DNA from: Camelus ferus
Taxonomy: Eukaryota
Length of the DNA: 60,000 nucleotides
Direction of reading: 5' to 3'
Assembly: GCF_009834535.1 (NCBI RefSeq)
Contig: NC_045696.1
Span: forward strand, 40,612,001 to 40,672,000
Shown in pieces: positions 13,850 through 23,796 of this stretch. The notes under the pieces are model-generated. The model was given only the letters and a program-made list of their open reading frames with translations. It had not been told where the DNA came from and ran no database searches. Position numbers and translations under genes: made by a program. Each line of letters opens with the position of its first letter. Within the stretch, counting starts at the first letter, position 1.

Positions 13850-14275
13850 TTTTTTATTCACTAAGTAATTCATGCTTGTTAAAAAATTCAGGCAACATTG
13901 CTAAAAGTGAAACTTCTAATCTCCCTTCTCCAGGAGTAACCATTGTTTATAGTTTCATGTTTATCATTTAAAGTATATTATAATGTCTACACAAATAATA
14001 TACAGGCTGGCTAAAACAGATTTGAACATTTTCAAAAATGTATTACTTGGTAACTATGATGTATATAAACATGTAGTCAAAGCCTGGAGTTGCCTTCTGG
14101 CAAGACACCTGTAAGGGTAACTTGATTTAGTGCAACTACAATTTCATTAAAAAAAAAAACAAAAAAAAAACCCTAGTTGCTGAGTGGTACATTTTTTAAA
14201 CTGTCTAATTTCTGTTGAATCACCTTGTATTTTACACACACACTTTACAAAAATGAGTTTTATTGTACCTACTAT
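13850..14275 (-). mobile_element. Old L1 (L1ME-like) 3' fragment hosting a MITE
   Basis: aagtaattcatgcttgttaaaaaattcaggcaac...ccaggagtaaccattgtttatagttt; resumes after 14229 with tttacaaaaatgag. Confidence 0.55.
14003..14227. mobile_element. Tc1/mariner-superfamily MITE (family unassigned)
   Basis: TA flanks (14001-14002, 14228-14229); ~54-bp imperfect TIRs (14003-14056 vs 14174-14227) beginning CAGGCTG / CAAGGTG. Confidence 0.8.
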
Positions 14276-14412
14276 TAATGAAGGTTAGTTATTTTAGAAG
14301 TTAGTTTTCCTCCCAAAATTGAGGCTTAGATTTAAATTGTTGTTAAGTGGTGATAAGTTTGATAGTGCATTCTTAGTTTATCACAATTTAGGTATTTGAA
14401 AACATACTAGTT

Positions 14413-14623
14413 CAGGGGTCAGCAAACTATGCAAGCCGAATTTAACCCTTCACCTGCTTTATAAATAACAAGCTGTGCTCATTCATTTACACATTGCCTA
14501 TAGCTCCTTCTGTGCTGTAATGGTAGAGGTGACTATTTGTGACAGAAACCATATAGCCCACAAGATCTAAAATATTTACTCTCTGGTTCTTTGGGGGAAA
14601 AGGAAAAAGTTGGCTGATTTCTG
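14413..14623 (+). mobile_element. MER58A (hAT-Charlie MITE)
   Basis: caggggtcagcaaacta...gctcattcatttacacattgcctatagct...ctaaaatatttactctctgg...gctgatttctg; TSD tactagtt/cactagtt. Confidence 0.9.
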
Positions 14624-14728
14624 CACTAGTTGATCAAAAAGATTATCCTATCAGTAAACAATCAGAATAAACCACCTGAGCCCTGTGTATAAGAATGTGC
14701 TGATGGTTCTGGGGTTTTACTTTTCTAG

Positions 14729-14782
14729 GTAAAGAAATATGTCCGTTTGCTTTTTGCAGCAAGGAAGTCTGCCAGAGCCTTG
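14729..14782 (+). other. Candidate 54-nt cassette exon (unverified)
   Basis: Branch-like TGCTGAT (14698-14704), ttttacttttctAG acceptor, TTG|GTAAGT donor. Confidence 0.3.
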
Positions 14783-16659
14783 GTAAGTGATGGATAGGGA
14801 AGGAGTGGTGAGGCATGTTCCATCTAGCTGGGTCCTGTACTCCTGTCAGGCAGGTCACATCTTCTCCCTTTATATTCTCTCCCTTCCCAAGGGGAGCAGT
14901 ACTTGTTACAGATGTGGCTAGGGTTTTCAGAATACCTGTAGGTTGGATCCTTTGAATTTAAACCAGTCTGCCCTGTCTTTGCTGCCAAGCTTCATAAATC
15001 ATTTGACTGAACAATTAAAGGGCTGGGCGCTTTGTTGAATGCTGCTCCAGGTGCAGTGGGGTGGCTCCCCTGCCCCAGCCACTCGGCCTGCAGGGTAGGG
15101 GACCCCACACAGTGTCAGCTGTGAGGGAGGCACTACAAGACCTTTGGTTTTCATCTCCACTGAGCTTGTCTCTTTTCTCCAATCCCAAGTTTTGTTGGAA
15201 GTTCCCTTTTTTGGAGATTCCATCAGAAATCTTCCAGTGATAGGTCTTGAAGCGTTTGCATTAGCCAGCTTGGAAAGATGTGGTGCCATGACAGGTGGAA
15301 AGCATTATGCTGGGAGAGGCTTGCCAGGAGCCAACCACTTCCTCTTTGCTGTGGATTGATCTCTAATAAGTGCCTCCTTCCTCTGGAGCTGGTGGTGTGT
15401 AAACTCACAAGCTGATAACTCTTGGGTAAGTTGTGTACACGCTGGCTCTGCATTTGGTTTAGAGTTAGGGTTGCAATGTCACTCTTAAGTTATAAATTAT
15501 TCGGTGGTTAGAGTGCCCTTTTTGTATTCCTTTTCCTTTTTTCATCCCTTGTGGTTCCCTGATGTTCAAACCATTGCCCCTACAGAAAATACGTGTTAAT
15601 ACATTGTATCCCCTGATGAGCATTTGCTTTTAAGCTTCTATGATTTAGACTAGAATATCCCTATAACCTCAGGTATGAACATCCACATTTTCTAAAACCA
15701 TCGGTTGCTACCTGCCACTTTCTCCTTGCTTTAACAAGATTTGTATACAGCTCCACACTCTCTCAGTGATTCAGAGTTTGACTGGAGGTAGCCAAGTATC
15801 TGAATGACCTATATAGCTGAGGATAAAGCTGACTTATACAGCTAAGTGTTTATCTGCCCATTGTATGGGTGTGATTGCCCTGAATTTTTAATGATGAAAT
15901 TATGGAACTGGGAGGAACCTTGAAGATCATCTAAATGTACAGACATGGAAAGGGCCTATAGACCTGGAGTGACATGTCCAAAATGTTGAAGCCTAGTCCT
16001 TTAGGCCTTCAGACCTGATGATTTACTCTGTAGTTATGCATCCCACCCATAAGACTTCACCCCTAAAGCATGATTTAAACAAAAGGAAATACCAGAAACT
16101 TTAGTTTGGGTTCTCGTTGCTTTCTCTGATGAGTATGTGTGTGTTCTAAGTCTCTCTTTGCTGTCTGCAAATCAGACATTCTTGCTAGGTTGCATCAGTG
16201 TCCAGGCGACATGATTGATGAAGAAAGGGCAAAGGAGGGATGACGTAATGGCTCATGCTGCGTTTACCTGCGAATTATCTCTAGCTGTATACTGCTCGGT
16301 GTCTGTGTGACTCATGTGCTGAGGCGCTGCCATCCCTGTTATGCAGCACTGTGGCCTCACACTTACCTCATCCTATGTTTCTCTCCTTTTCTTGCCAAAT
16401 CTGATTAGAAGCACTTTTGTTTTGAGCCCATATTTATGAAACCATAAGTGAACTTTGTACCATTGACTATATGAAGAAAATTAAAGAATGTTAGAATAGG
16501 CAAATTATATGTTGACTTGGTCAAATCAGATGGATATCTCTCTCAACTTGGTTCATTAAATACTTACATAGGACCTATGATGATGCTGATAGTTTTCTTC
16601 CTCACATGGCTATTTTGTCTCAGTTTCAGTTCAACAAATTCGCAGCAAACAAACCTGTA

Positions 16660-16820
16660 GCAAGTGCCTGCCTACCTGTGTCAGTGACTATGGTACATGC
16701 TTTCACATGCACTTTTTCTTGTAAACCTCAAAGCAGTTACTACTTGTACTCATTTTAAAGGTGAGAACACTGGCCCAGTTCACCTAGCTAATATGTGTTA
16801 GAAGTGGGATTGGAATCCCC
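16660..16820 (-). mobile_element. MIR SINE
   Basis: atgctttcacatgcactttttcttgtaaacctca...ctcattttaaaggtgagaacactgg...agtgggattggaatccc. Confidence 0.75.
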
Positions 16821-17192
16821 GTTACAAATGTCTTTGATTTATATAATCAAGATTTTTTTTGTAAGAAAAATGTCCAGTTTTCTCTAGTTGATATTAATAC
16901 TTGATCTAGCATCTGTCTCTGTTCTTTTTTTATCCTTGGGATACTAGAAGTCAAGAGAATAGTCATATGTGTAATTATTGAACAATAATCACTCAAGTTT
17001 TTGGTGGAGTTTTGTCATACAAACACTAAGTTTGCATGAATTCAGCTTTAACTGCTCAGCAAACAAATATAAAAAGAGAATGAATAGTAATTTACATTGT
17101 GCAGGCGAGTCTATTAAGGTTATAAGTTATGTTCAATGAGTCTATGCCGAGGAGTGAACCTGAGATAGGAGATGTGTATTGTTTTTTCTCAG

Positions 17193-17222
17193 TTCATGTC
17201 TATTCCCATGTTCTCTCTCAGG
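17193..17222 (+). other. Candidate 30-nt microexon (unverified)
   Basis: ttgttttttctcAG acceptor and AGG|GTAAGT donor, 30 nt apart. Confidence 0.22.
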
Positions 17223-18066
17223 GTAAGTATCTTGCCTTGCTCAATGTCCTGTTTTGTGCAAGCTACATCCTAAATTCAAGCCAACTATTCCATCTTGTAG
17301 TCAGCCAAAGCCACAGTAATCTACACCAATGCTAGAAGAAAACCTACCTGAGTTGGACCTACTGAGAGACAGTATGTTGGTTTCCAGCATGGGGCCTTCC
17401 TAGGGGATGTTCCAGGTAATTTTGGCACAACTTAGCTTTTTTCCTTACATATTCTTTAAAAAACCTAAACCCCAAGTAAAATGCAACTCCTGTAGGTTGC
17501 TATTGGCTTGCATATTATTAGGCAGGGAATTCTCATTTACACTGAACTGAAACTGTCTTGGGCTCAACAACATTGTACATATTGGTGGCTAAGCATATCT
17601 TCCATTTTCTGTGTGTGGTGCCAGGTTAGAAGGATTAATACTAAGCAGATCAAACGCTCACTCTGTCCATAAGAGAAATGTATTTTCACTGAAACCAAGG
17701 AGGAGAACAAACAGAAGGAAAATTGTGATGAAGTCACTCAACAAAGTGGTAGAGAGAGGGGATTAAGAAAACCCCACTGAATTTAGCCACTGGTGACCTT
17801 TGAGAGAATAGCTGTGATCAATCAAGATACAAGGAGTTAAACATCATCTAGTGTTAAGTCAGAGTAGTCAGCAGGATATGAATCCAGGAATGGCTCAGCA
17901 GGAAGACAGGGCACAGGGACACAGAACTGAGGTACCAGGACCAGGGCTGGGTGATGGTGGTACATAAACAATAGGATTTGGAGGTTAAAAGCAGAAGCAC
18001 ACGGTGCCATCCAGAAGAATTCTGACTTCTGCACTTATCTGACATTCCCCCATGGTTCTGGTGGGG

Positions 18067-18215
18067 AAGAACCAGCCTCTGAGGGAGTAGAGGCAGGAGA
18101 GTCATTGGTGTCTGTTGGCAAGTAGCTTCTCAGAGCCTCATACCCATTGCACATTGGTTTTCATACGGTTACTTTTCTAAGTAGTTAGGTTCAAATTTGC
18201 GTGCAATTGGGGAAA
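18067..18215 (+). repeat. Copy A of a diverged ~150-bp local direct duplication
   Basis: Collinear blocks shared with 21052-21202: 26/29, 12/12, 22/29 and 35/41 identities by manual alignment. Confidence 0.85.
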
Positions 18216-18629
18216 TCAAAACTAGCTCTGCAACGCTGTCATTGGTTTAGGGAAGAGGTTGCCAGAATGCAGTATACATAACTGGAGAGCCAGTAAAGGT
18301 TCAACTCTCATGAATAGAAAACCAACTCATTCATCACACCAAACCTTATCATAGTTAAGGAAGTGAAGTTAAAACCAGGGCACCTCCCTTTCTTTCCTGT
18401 GTTTGTGTAGCTAATAGCACCTTGCATTGTTAAAAGTGAAATCTTGCTGATAACTTTTTTTTTTCTCGGATTGCTCACTTTGTTTTTTTTTACTCACTAT
18501 TCTCTGTGGACTACAGGAGACCGCTTGGCTGCTGTCACTAAGAAACAGACTGCCTTCGAAAAGCTGAAGCTGGAAGACTAGGGTACTCCAACTAGGACAG
18601 GGTCACACACTGTATGTGTATATTATATA

Positions 18630-18742
18630 TGTAGATTCCAGACCAACTAAATGTAAATCCATGATCAGATGTGGCTCAAGAATATGCATATTAATAAGTT
18701 CCTCTGAGGATTCCTTATGAAGCTAAAATTTAAGAACCACTG
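18630..18742. mobile_element. MER5A-like partial hAT MITE
   Basis: ggctcaagaatatgcatattaataagttcctctgaggattcc...aaaatttaagaaccactg. Confidence 0.7.
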
Positions 18743-21051
18743 GTCTAGGAGATGTATGTGTGGTATAATAAACCAAATTCTAGAAAAGTAACATTTTAAC
18801 AAACCAAATTCTCGTTATTCTGAAGTTGAATTTTATTAATATAAAAATATGCCCAGGCTTATTTGTTTCAATGCAAATGTATAAACCTCTTTGAAACTCT
18901 TAGGAGAAAAATTTTAATACAAGGTATATGCGGAATGTTAGCAGCAGTAGTAAGTTAAACACACTTGGGATATGAGGATAAGGAGATTGTTGTGAATTCA
19001 GAAAGACTGTATGTTTTGTGACATTTCTATCATTTCCCAAGAAGAGAAAGAGGTGAAAGGAGGGGAAAACACAGAGAGAAGGCTTCCTTGGCTTTGAAAA
19101 TCCTAATTCTTTGTTCTTGCCTCCAAAGTGCAGCTGCTTCCTACTCACAGGCCCTTTGCCACAAGCCAGCTGTGTCCCATTTATTCCCACCTTCAATACT
19201 GCCTTTTCAGCCCATATACATCAGAACTAGAATGGAGAAGAGTAGAAAAGAAAAAAGCAATTTGATAGGAAATATAATTGAAGTTTTATAGCAAAGAGGG
19301 AAGCAAGTCTTCTAGTTTCTAAAAAGAGCTAAAGTCTTAACCAGAAAGCCCTTAGCTGTAACTCTTTCGGTAAAACCATTTGTTGTAATTACAAACTGTA
19401 TGGGATTAGGTATATTGGGGAAATGCTAGGGGTGGGGTAGTAAGAGAGGCTGGCTCCATCTGATTCCACTGCCCCTGTTGAGATAACCTCAGAAACTAAC
19501 CCAAACTAATCTCTTCCTCAGCCCTCATCTGTTATTTGGCTCTGTTTAAATTTTATCTTGTTGTCTTTGAATTATTTCCTTTGTGTAAGTCATTTCTCAA
19601 AATAATCTCTAAATTTCTTGTGTTAGGAACTGTTACATACTTCCTTTGGGAACACTCATCAGCACACTTCTTTCCTCCTTCCCCATAATCATCATCACTA
19701 CTACCCACAGTGATAAACTTGAGTCCCTCCTTTCATTTGTTTTCATGAGGTGATCATCTATAATTTTCTGCTCTAAAGCCTCCTTTAAAACATTATATTT
19801 CTTCTACATAGTCACCAAATCCATTATTCAAATCCCAGACATTTTAGTTTTACCCTTATAATTTTATATTATTAAAACTCAGCTTTGGAATGAGGAGAAT
19901 TCAGCTTGTTTATCTTACATCGTCTCTTCCCGTAAGAAAATTCCAACTTCGGAAGCACTCAGCCCTTAGCGTAGTAACTCCTAGAATTTGCTACTTCAGT
20001 GAAGATATTGAACCTAAGGGCAGATGTTCCTGTTTTGAATCAGATAACCAAATTAATAATTGCAGCATGTCAGCCAGAGTAAGCAAGCATTCTTAATAGG
20101 TAGAACCATGATGCATTGTCTTGAGCTGTTTGATCACTAAACCACAGCAAGCTGTTAAAATTAAGCCATCTCTAATGTGCATTGTGAGAGATAAGAAACC
20201 AAAAACAAACCTGTTTTAAAGTATTTTTGTTTGGTCTTGTTTTATGTCCTCTTCGTCCAGAACTGGAGCATATTCATCTTTATAACTCTTTCAGTATTTA
20301 CTGGCTTTCTTAGTGCCTTCACTAGTATTTTTCATGTGGGGCTTACACCATTTTGTGGCCTATAATTTTCCTAACTTGCTATGTTTCTTGTGTTCTTGGC
20401 ATTCATTAGCCTATTGTCAGAGATTTGTAATGGGAAGAAAAGGAGAAATCACCTGTTGTTTTCAGCTCTAAAGGCCTTCATTACTTTTCTTATTTTTCTT
20501 TTTGTGACCGTGAAAGTCAATAATTTGAGTCTCTCAGATTTAGCCTTTTTATCTTTTGTTCACATTTGACTAGAAGACCATGTAGAGCAGAGTGATGTGT
20601 CCACAAAAAAGATTTTTGCCGTGTTCACCGATCCATTTTGTATTAAATATCAAATTCTGAAAATCCATGCATATACATCTCCCACCATAAAAAGGTGGTG
20701 CAGTGAGAGAAACCAAATCATGAAGAATGCAAAAGTCCAGTCATGGGAAACCAATAAGAGATCCATTATACAAGACAGAAATGAATTAGGGACAAAATAT
20801 ACTCTCAGTTGGCTGGCTGAGGCACCAGGAGACCTAGAATTGGCCCAGAATATATGCAGATTTTGCCTGGTTACAAGGCCAACCTCCAAAGTGCTTTAAA
20901 CCTGACAAGTGCTTCACTGAGGGAAGCTGGAATGTTGTATGGGCAAAAAGGGTCTTGTTACTTTGACTGCCACTGTTCTGAATTGTAATATAGGATGGAC
21001 TGGAATCATTGGGAAAGATTATTAGTTCCCTGGTGATTCCAGGAAGTTGGC

Positions 21052-21202
21052 AAGAGCCGGCCACTGAGGGAGTAGAGGCACATGTCTGTTGGCATCTATT
21101 GGTGAGCAGATTCTCGTGGCCTCCCACCCATTGGTTATTACATAGCATGGGGTTACTAGTCTTCTAAGTAGATAGGTTCTAATTTTCTTGCAATTTTGGA
21201 AA
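21052..21202 (+). repeat. Copy B of a diverged ~150-bp local direct duplication
   Basis: Shares ctgagggagtagaggca, tgtctgttggca, cccattg, ggttact and ttctaagtagNtaggttc with 18067-18215. Confidence 0.85.
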
Positions 21203-23348
21203 CTGAGGCCTTCCGGGGGCTTAAGGGTTGCAGCTGATTTCCCTAGCACGACTTTGCATGGGACCTAAATACAGGGTGTTGCCCTTCTCATCTACTAAGT
21301 TTGCACAATATTTTCTACCTTCTTAATCTTTGTACTAACAGAATTACAATAAATTGCTGCTGCTCTTGGAGATAATCTCTTTTCTCACATCTGGGTTTAA
21401 GTCTTTCAATGAAGCTACTTAAGCAGTAGGGAGGAAAGAGCCTTTCCATAAAGTTAAGGTCTTTTCTGATAGAGGTAACTACTCCACCCCTCCTTCCCAA
21501 TTAGATCCCCTGCCAGCAATAGCATAGACTTGAGCTAGTGCCAAATGTTTTAATACCATAAGGACTCACTTGATAAAGGGTATGCATGGCAAAGGAAAAA
21601 AACAGTCAGAGTTCCCAAAGTAAAATTTTCCAAGATTTCCATATGAGATGCAGTTAAGGCACCCTTCATCTAATTGTTACCATGTGTTTGCTGTAGTCAT
21701 TGGTACCCTGCAATTCTCATTCTCCAGCTCTTCTAGAGATTAGAAATTATAGGAAATGCTAGACATGTCAAGATGGAAATCTACTCTAGTCACAGAGATT
21801 TGGTCTTTAACAAGAGGTACAATGGCATACACAGGGAACAACTGTGGGATAAATACTGTGGTTGTTCCAAGTAATTATTCATCTTTAGTAGCATTCAGTG
21901 TTATACTTCATTGATCAATTAATATTTTGTAAGTGTTTGCCAGCTTTGCTTTCCTTATTGTTTTAAACTCTAGGAAAAGGATTACTGTCTTGCTCTGGTC
22001 CTTATACTTTGCATGAAGAACTAGCATAGCCCAGGAAGTGCCAACATGAAATAGTAGTTGGTTAACTAACTAGATGATTCAAAATGATTTCATAGATCTC
22101 TGGGCATAAGAGAGATTAATTAATTATTAATACTTATAAAGTACTCAGGCAATTCAGAGATCTGGGACATTTACCTATAAATACAAGAAAGAGGTATTTT
22201 TCTCTATTTAACTGATTTTCAGATCTCATAAATGATAGTTTTAGCCTCAAAGTCCACCAAACCTTTACCATAGTTGCTAACGAATAATTAAGTTGACAAG
22301 TTTATGATAGACTCAAAAGAAAAGTAAAAGATCTGTGGCCATTAAATATTAGAATGTCCCTGAATGGGAATTCAGATTGAGTGCGGGTGACTGAATTTAG
22401 TAAGGCCTATTTTATCTTAACCACTCAAGACTTTGCCTCCTGTTTGAAGAAATTAATGGGTTTTAATCAAATCTGCAATATTACTTAAGAATATAAGATT
22501 CATCTTCAGTTCAGTTTATTTTCCTCTTGTCTTAAAGCAAAATGATGGCTAGTATAAATTTCCACATAATTTCTCTGAGGAAGTTAGAGCTCACAGTAGT
22601 AGTAATAATAATGATAACATTAAAAGCAGGAACAAGATTGCCTGTCCCTGTTAGCAACATGAGTAGCAGAGGTATTAATGGGCCATGAAAACTGGAGGGC
22701 TGGGGTGACCATGGGTCAGAGCTAACATACATAGGCAAGCACAGTATAGGGGAAACTTTCATCACCTCCACTACACTAAGCCTTTTCTCTTGATAGGACA
22801 AGCTCTTAATTTCCCCTGGTTGTTAATCTGGCACCTTTCACGAACATCAGTGTTCACTTCGGAAAATAAAAAAGCAAACAACCAAAACATCTAAGTGTTA
22901 AGGGGAAAAGAAAATCAACAGAGGAAATTACAGTAGCACTTGATACAGTGGCACCTTTTTATTGAGTCATATGAGGTGAAGATATTTGAAAGTTTGCAGC
23001 TTTGACAGTCTCTCTTTAAGACAGTAACCAGAAGTCTTGGGAGAGAAAGTAACATGCATATACTGCCACAGTTTAGCTATGGCCTTTATATGTATATGTG
23101 TCCACATTTTCAAAATTGACCTCTTAAAATATATATGAGAGTCAAGTGGTTTGAAAGTAAGTACCACTTCCTTTCTTCACTGCTTTTGCTCCCTGTTTGG
23201 CATTTCCTTTCTAGCATTAATTACTGTTTCTAAAGGAATTGGTGTTTCTTGACCTAGTATAGTTTCTATTTTGGATAGTCCATCAGTTTAAGATACCTGC
23301 CATGTCTTTTGGAATCTAGTCTATTGAGGATTGAATTACAATACCAAA

Positions 23349-23435
23349 TTCTCACTTTCTTCTACCTCTCTTGTTTTAGGTAAGTCATCTGATTGGAGTG
23401 ACATTTCATATGACAGCATTTTCCATTTGGTAAAG
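23349..23435 (+). other. Candidate recursive splice site with a 50-nt RS-exon (23380-23429)
   Basis: CTCAC branch motif, 26/29 pyrimidine tract, TTTTAG|GTAAGT, downstream TTG|GTAAAG donor. Confidence 0.35.
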
Positions 23436-23539
23436 TATTACTGTTTTTATCAAATGATATATAAACTTTGGTTTTTGTGATTTCTCAATTTATATTTTCC
23501 CACAACATTGACCTCTGGAGTATACCCTGTCTTGAAGGC

Positions 23540-23588
23540 ATATATCTATATATCTATATCTATATATCTATATCTATCAGAGAGAGAG
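23540..23588. repeat. (TATATC)n-type microsatellite plus short (GA)n
   Basis: atatatctatatatctatatctatatatctatatctatcagagagagag. Confidence 0.9.
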
Positions 23589-23748
23589 GTGGGGGGAGGG
23601 GAGAAGGGCTAGGAAACAAGGGAAAAGACACATAACTAAATATTTTTCTATGTGGAAAAAAAACCCCACAATTGAAAGAAACCTACCTCTTTATAACTAT
23701 TTTCATCATTTTTGCCTGTTACAACTTCAGGGAGTGAAAGAGTTGTTA

Positions 23749-23796
23749 TGTTTAATTGTACTTAGAGAGGCTTGTTTAATTGTACATGGAAAGGCT
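23749..23796. repeat. 24-bp tandem duplication (2 copies)
   Basis: tgtttaattgtacttagagaggct / tgtttaattgtacatggaaaggct. Confidence 0.85.

Noticed and set aside
14999..15453. Overlapping ORFs in a GC-richer patch, considered as a processed pseudogene or first exon (TGG|GTAAGT at 15427)
   Set aside because: No recognisable protein in any frame, no poly-A or TSD, no convincing acceptor or promoter.
18571..18581. TGGAAGACTAG, an 11-nt match to the miR-7 5' end
   Set aside because: The match stops there and there is no precursor hairpin; other short miRNA-like matches failed the same way.
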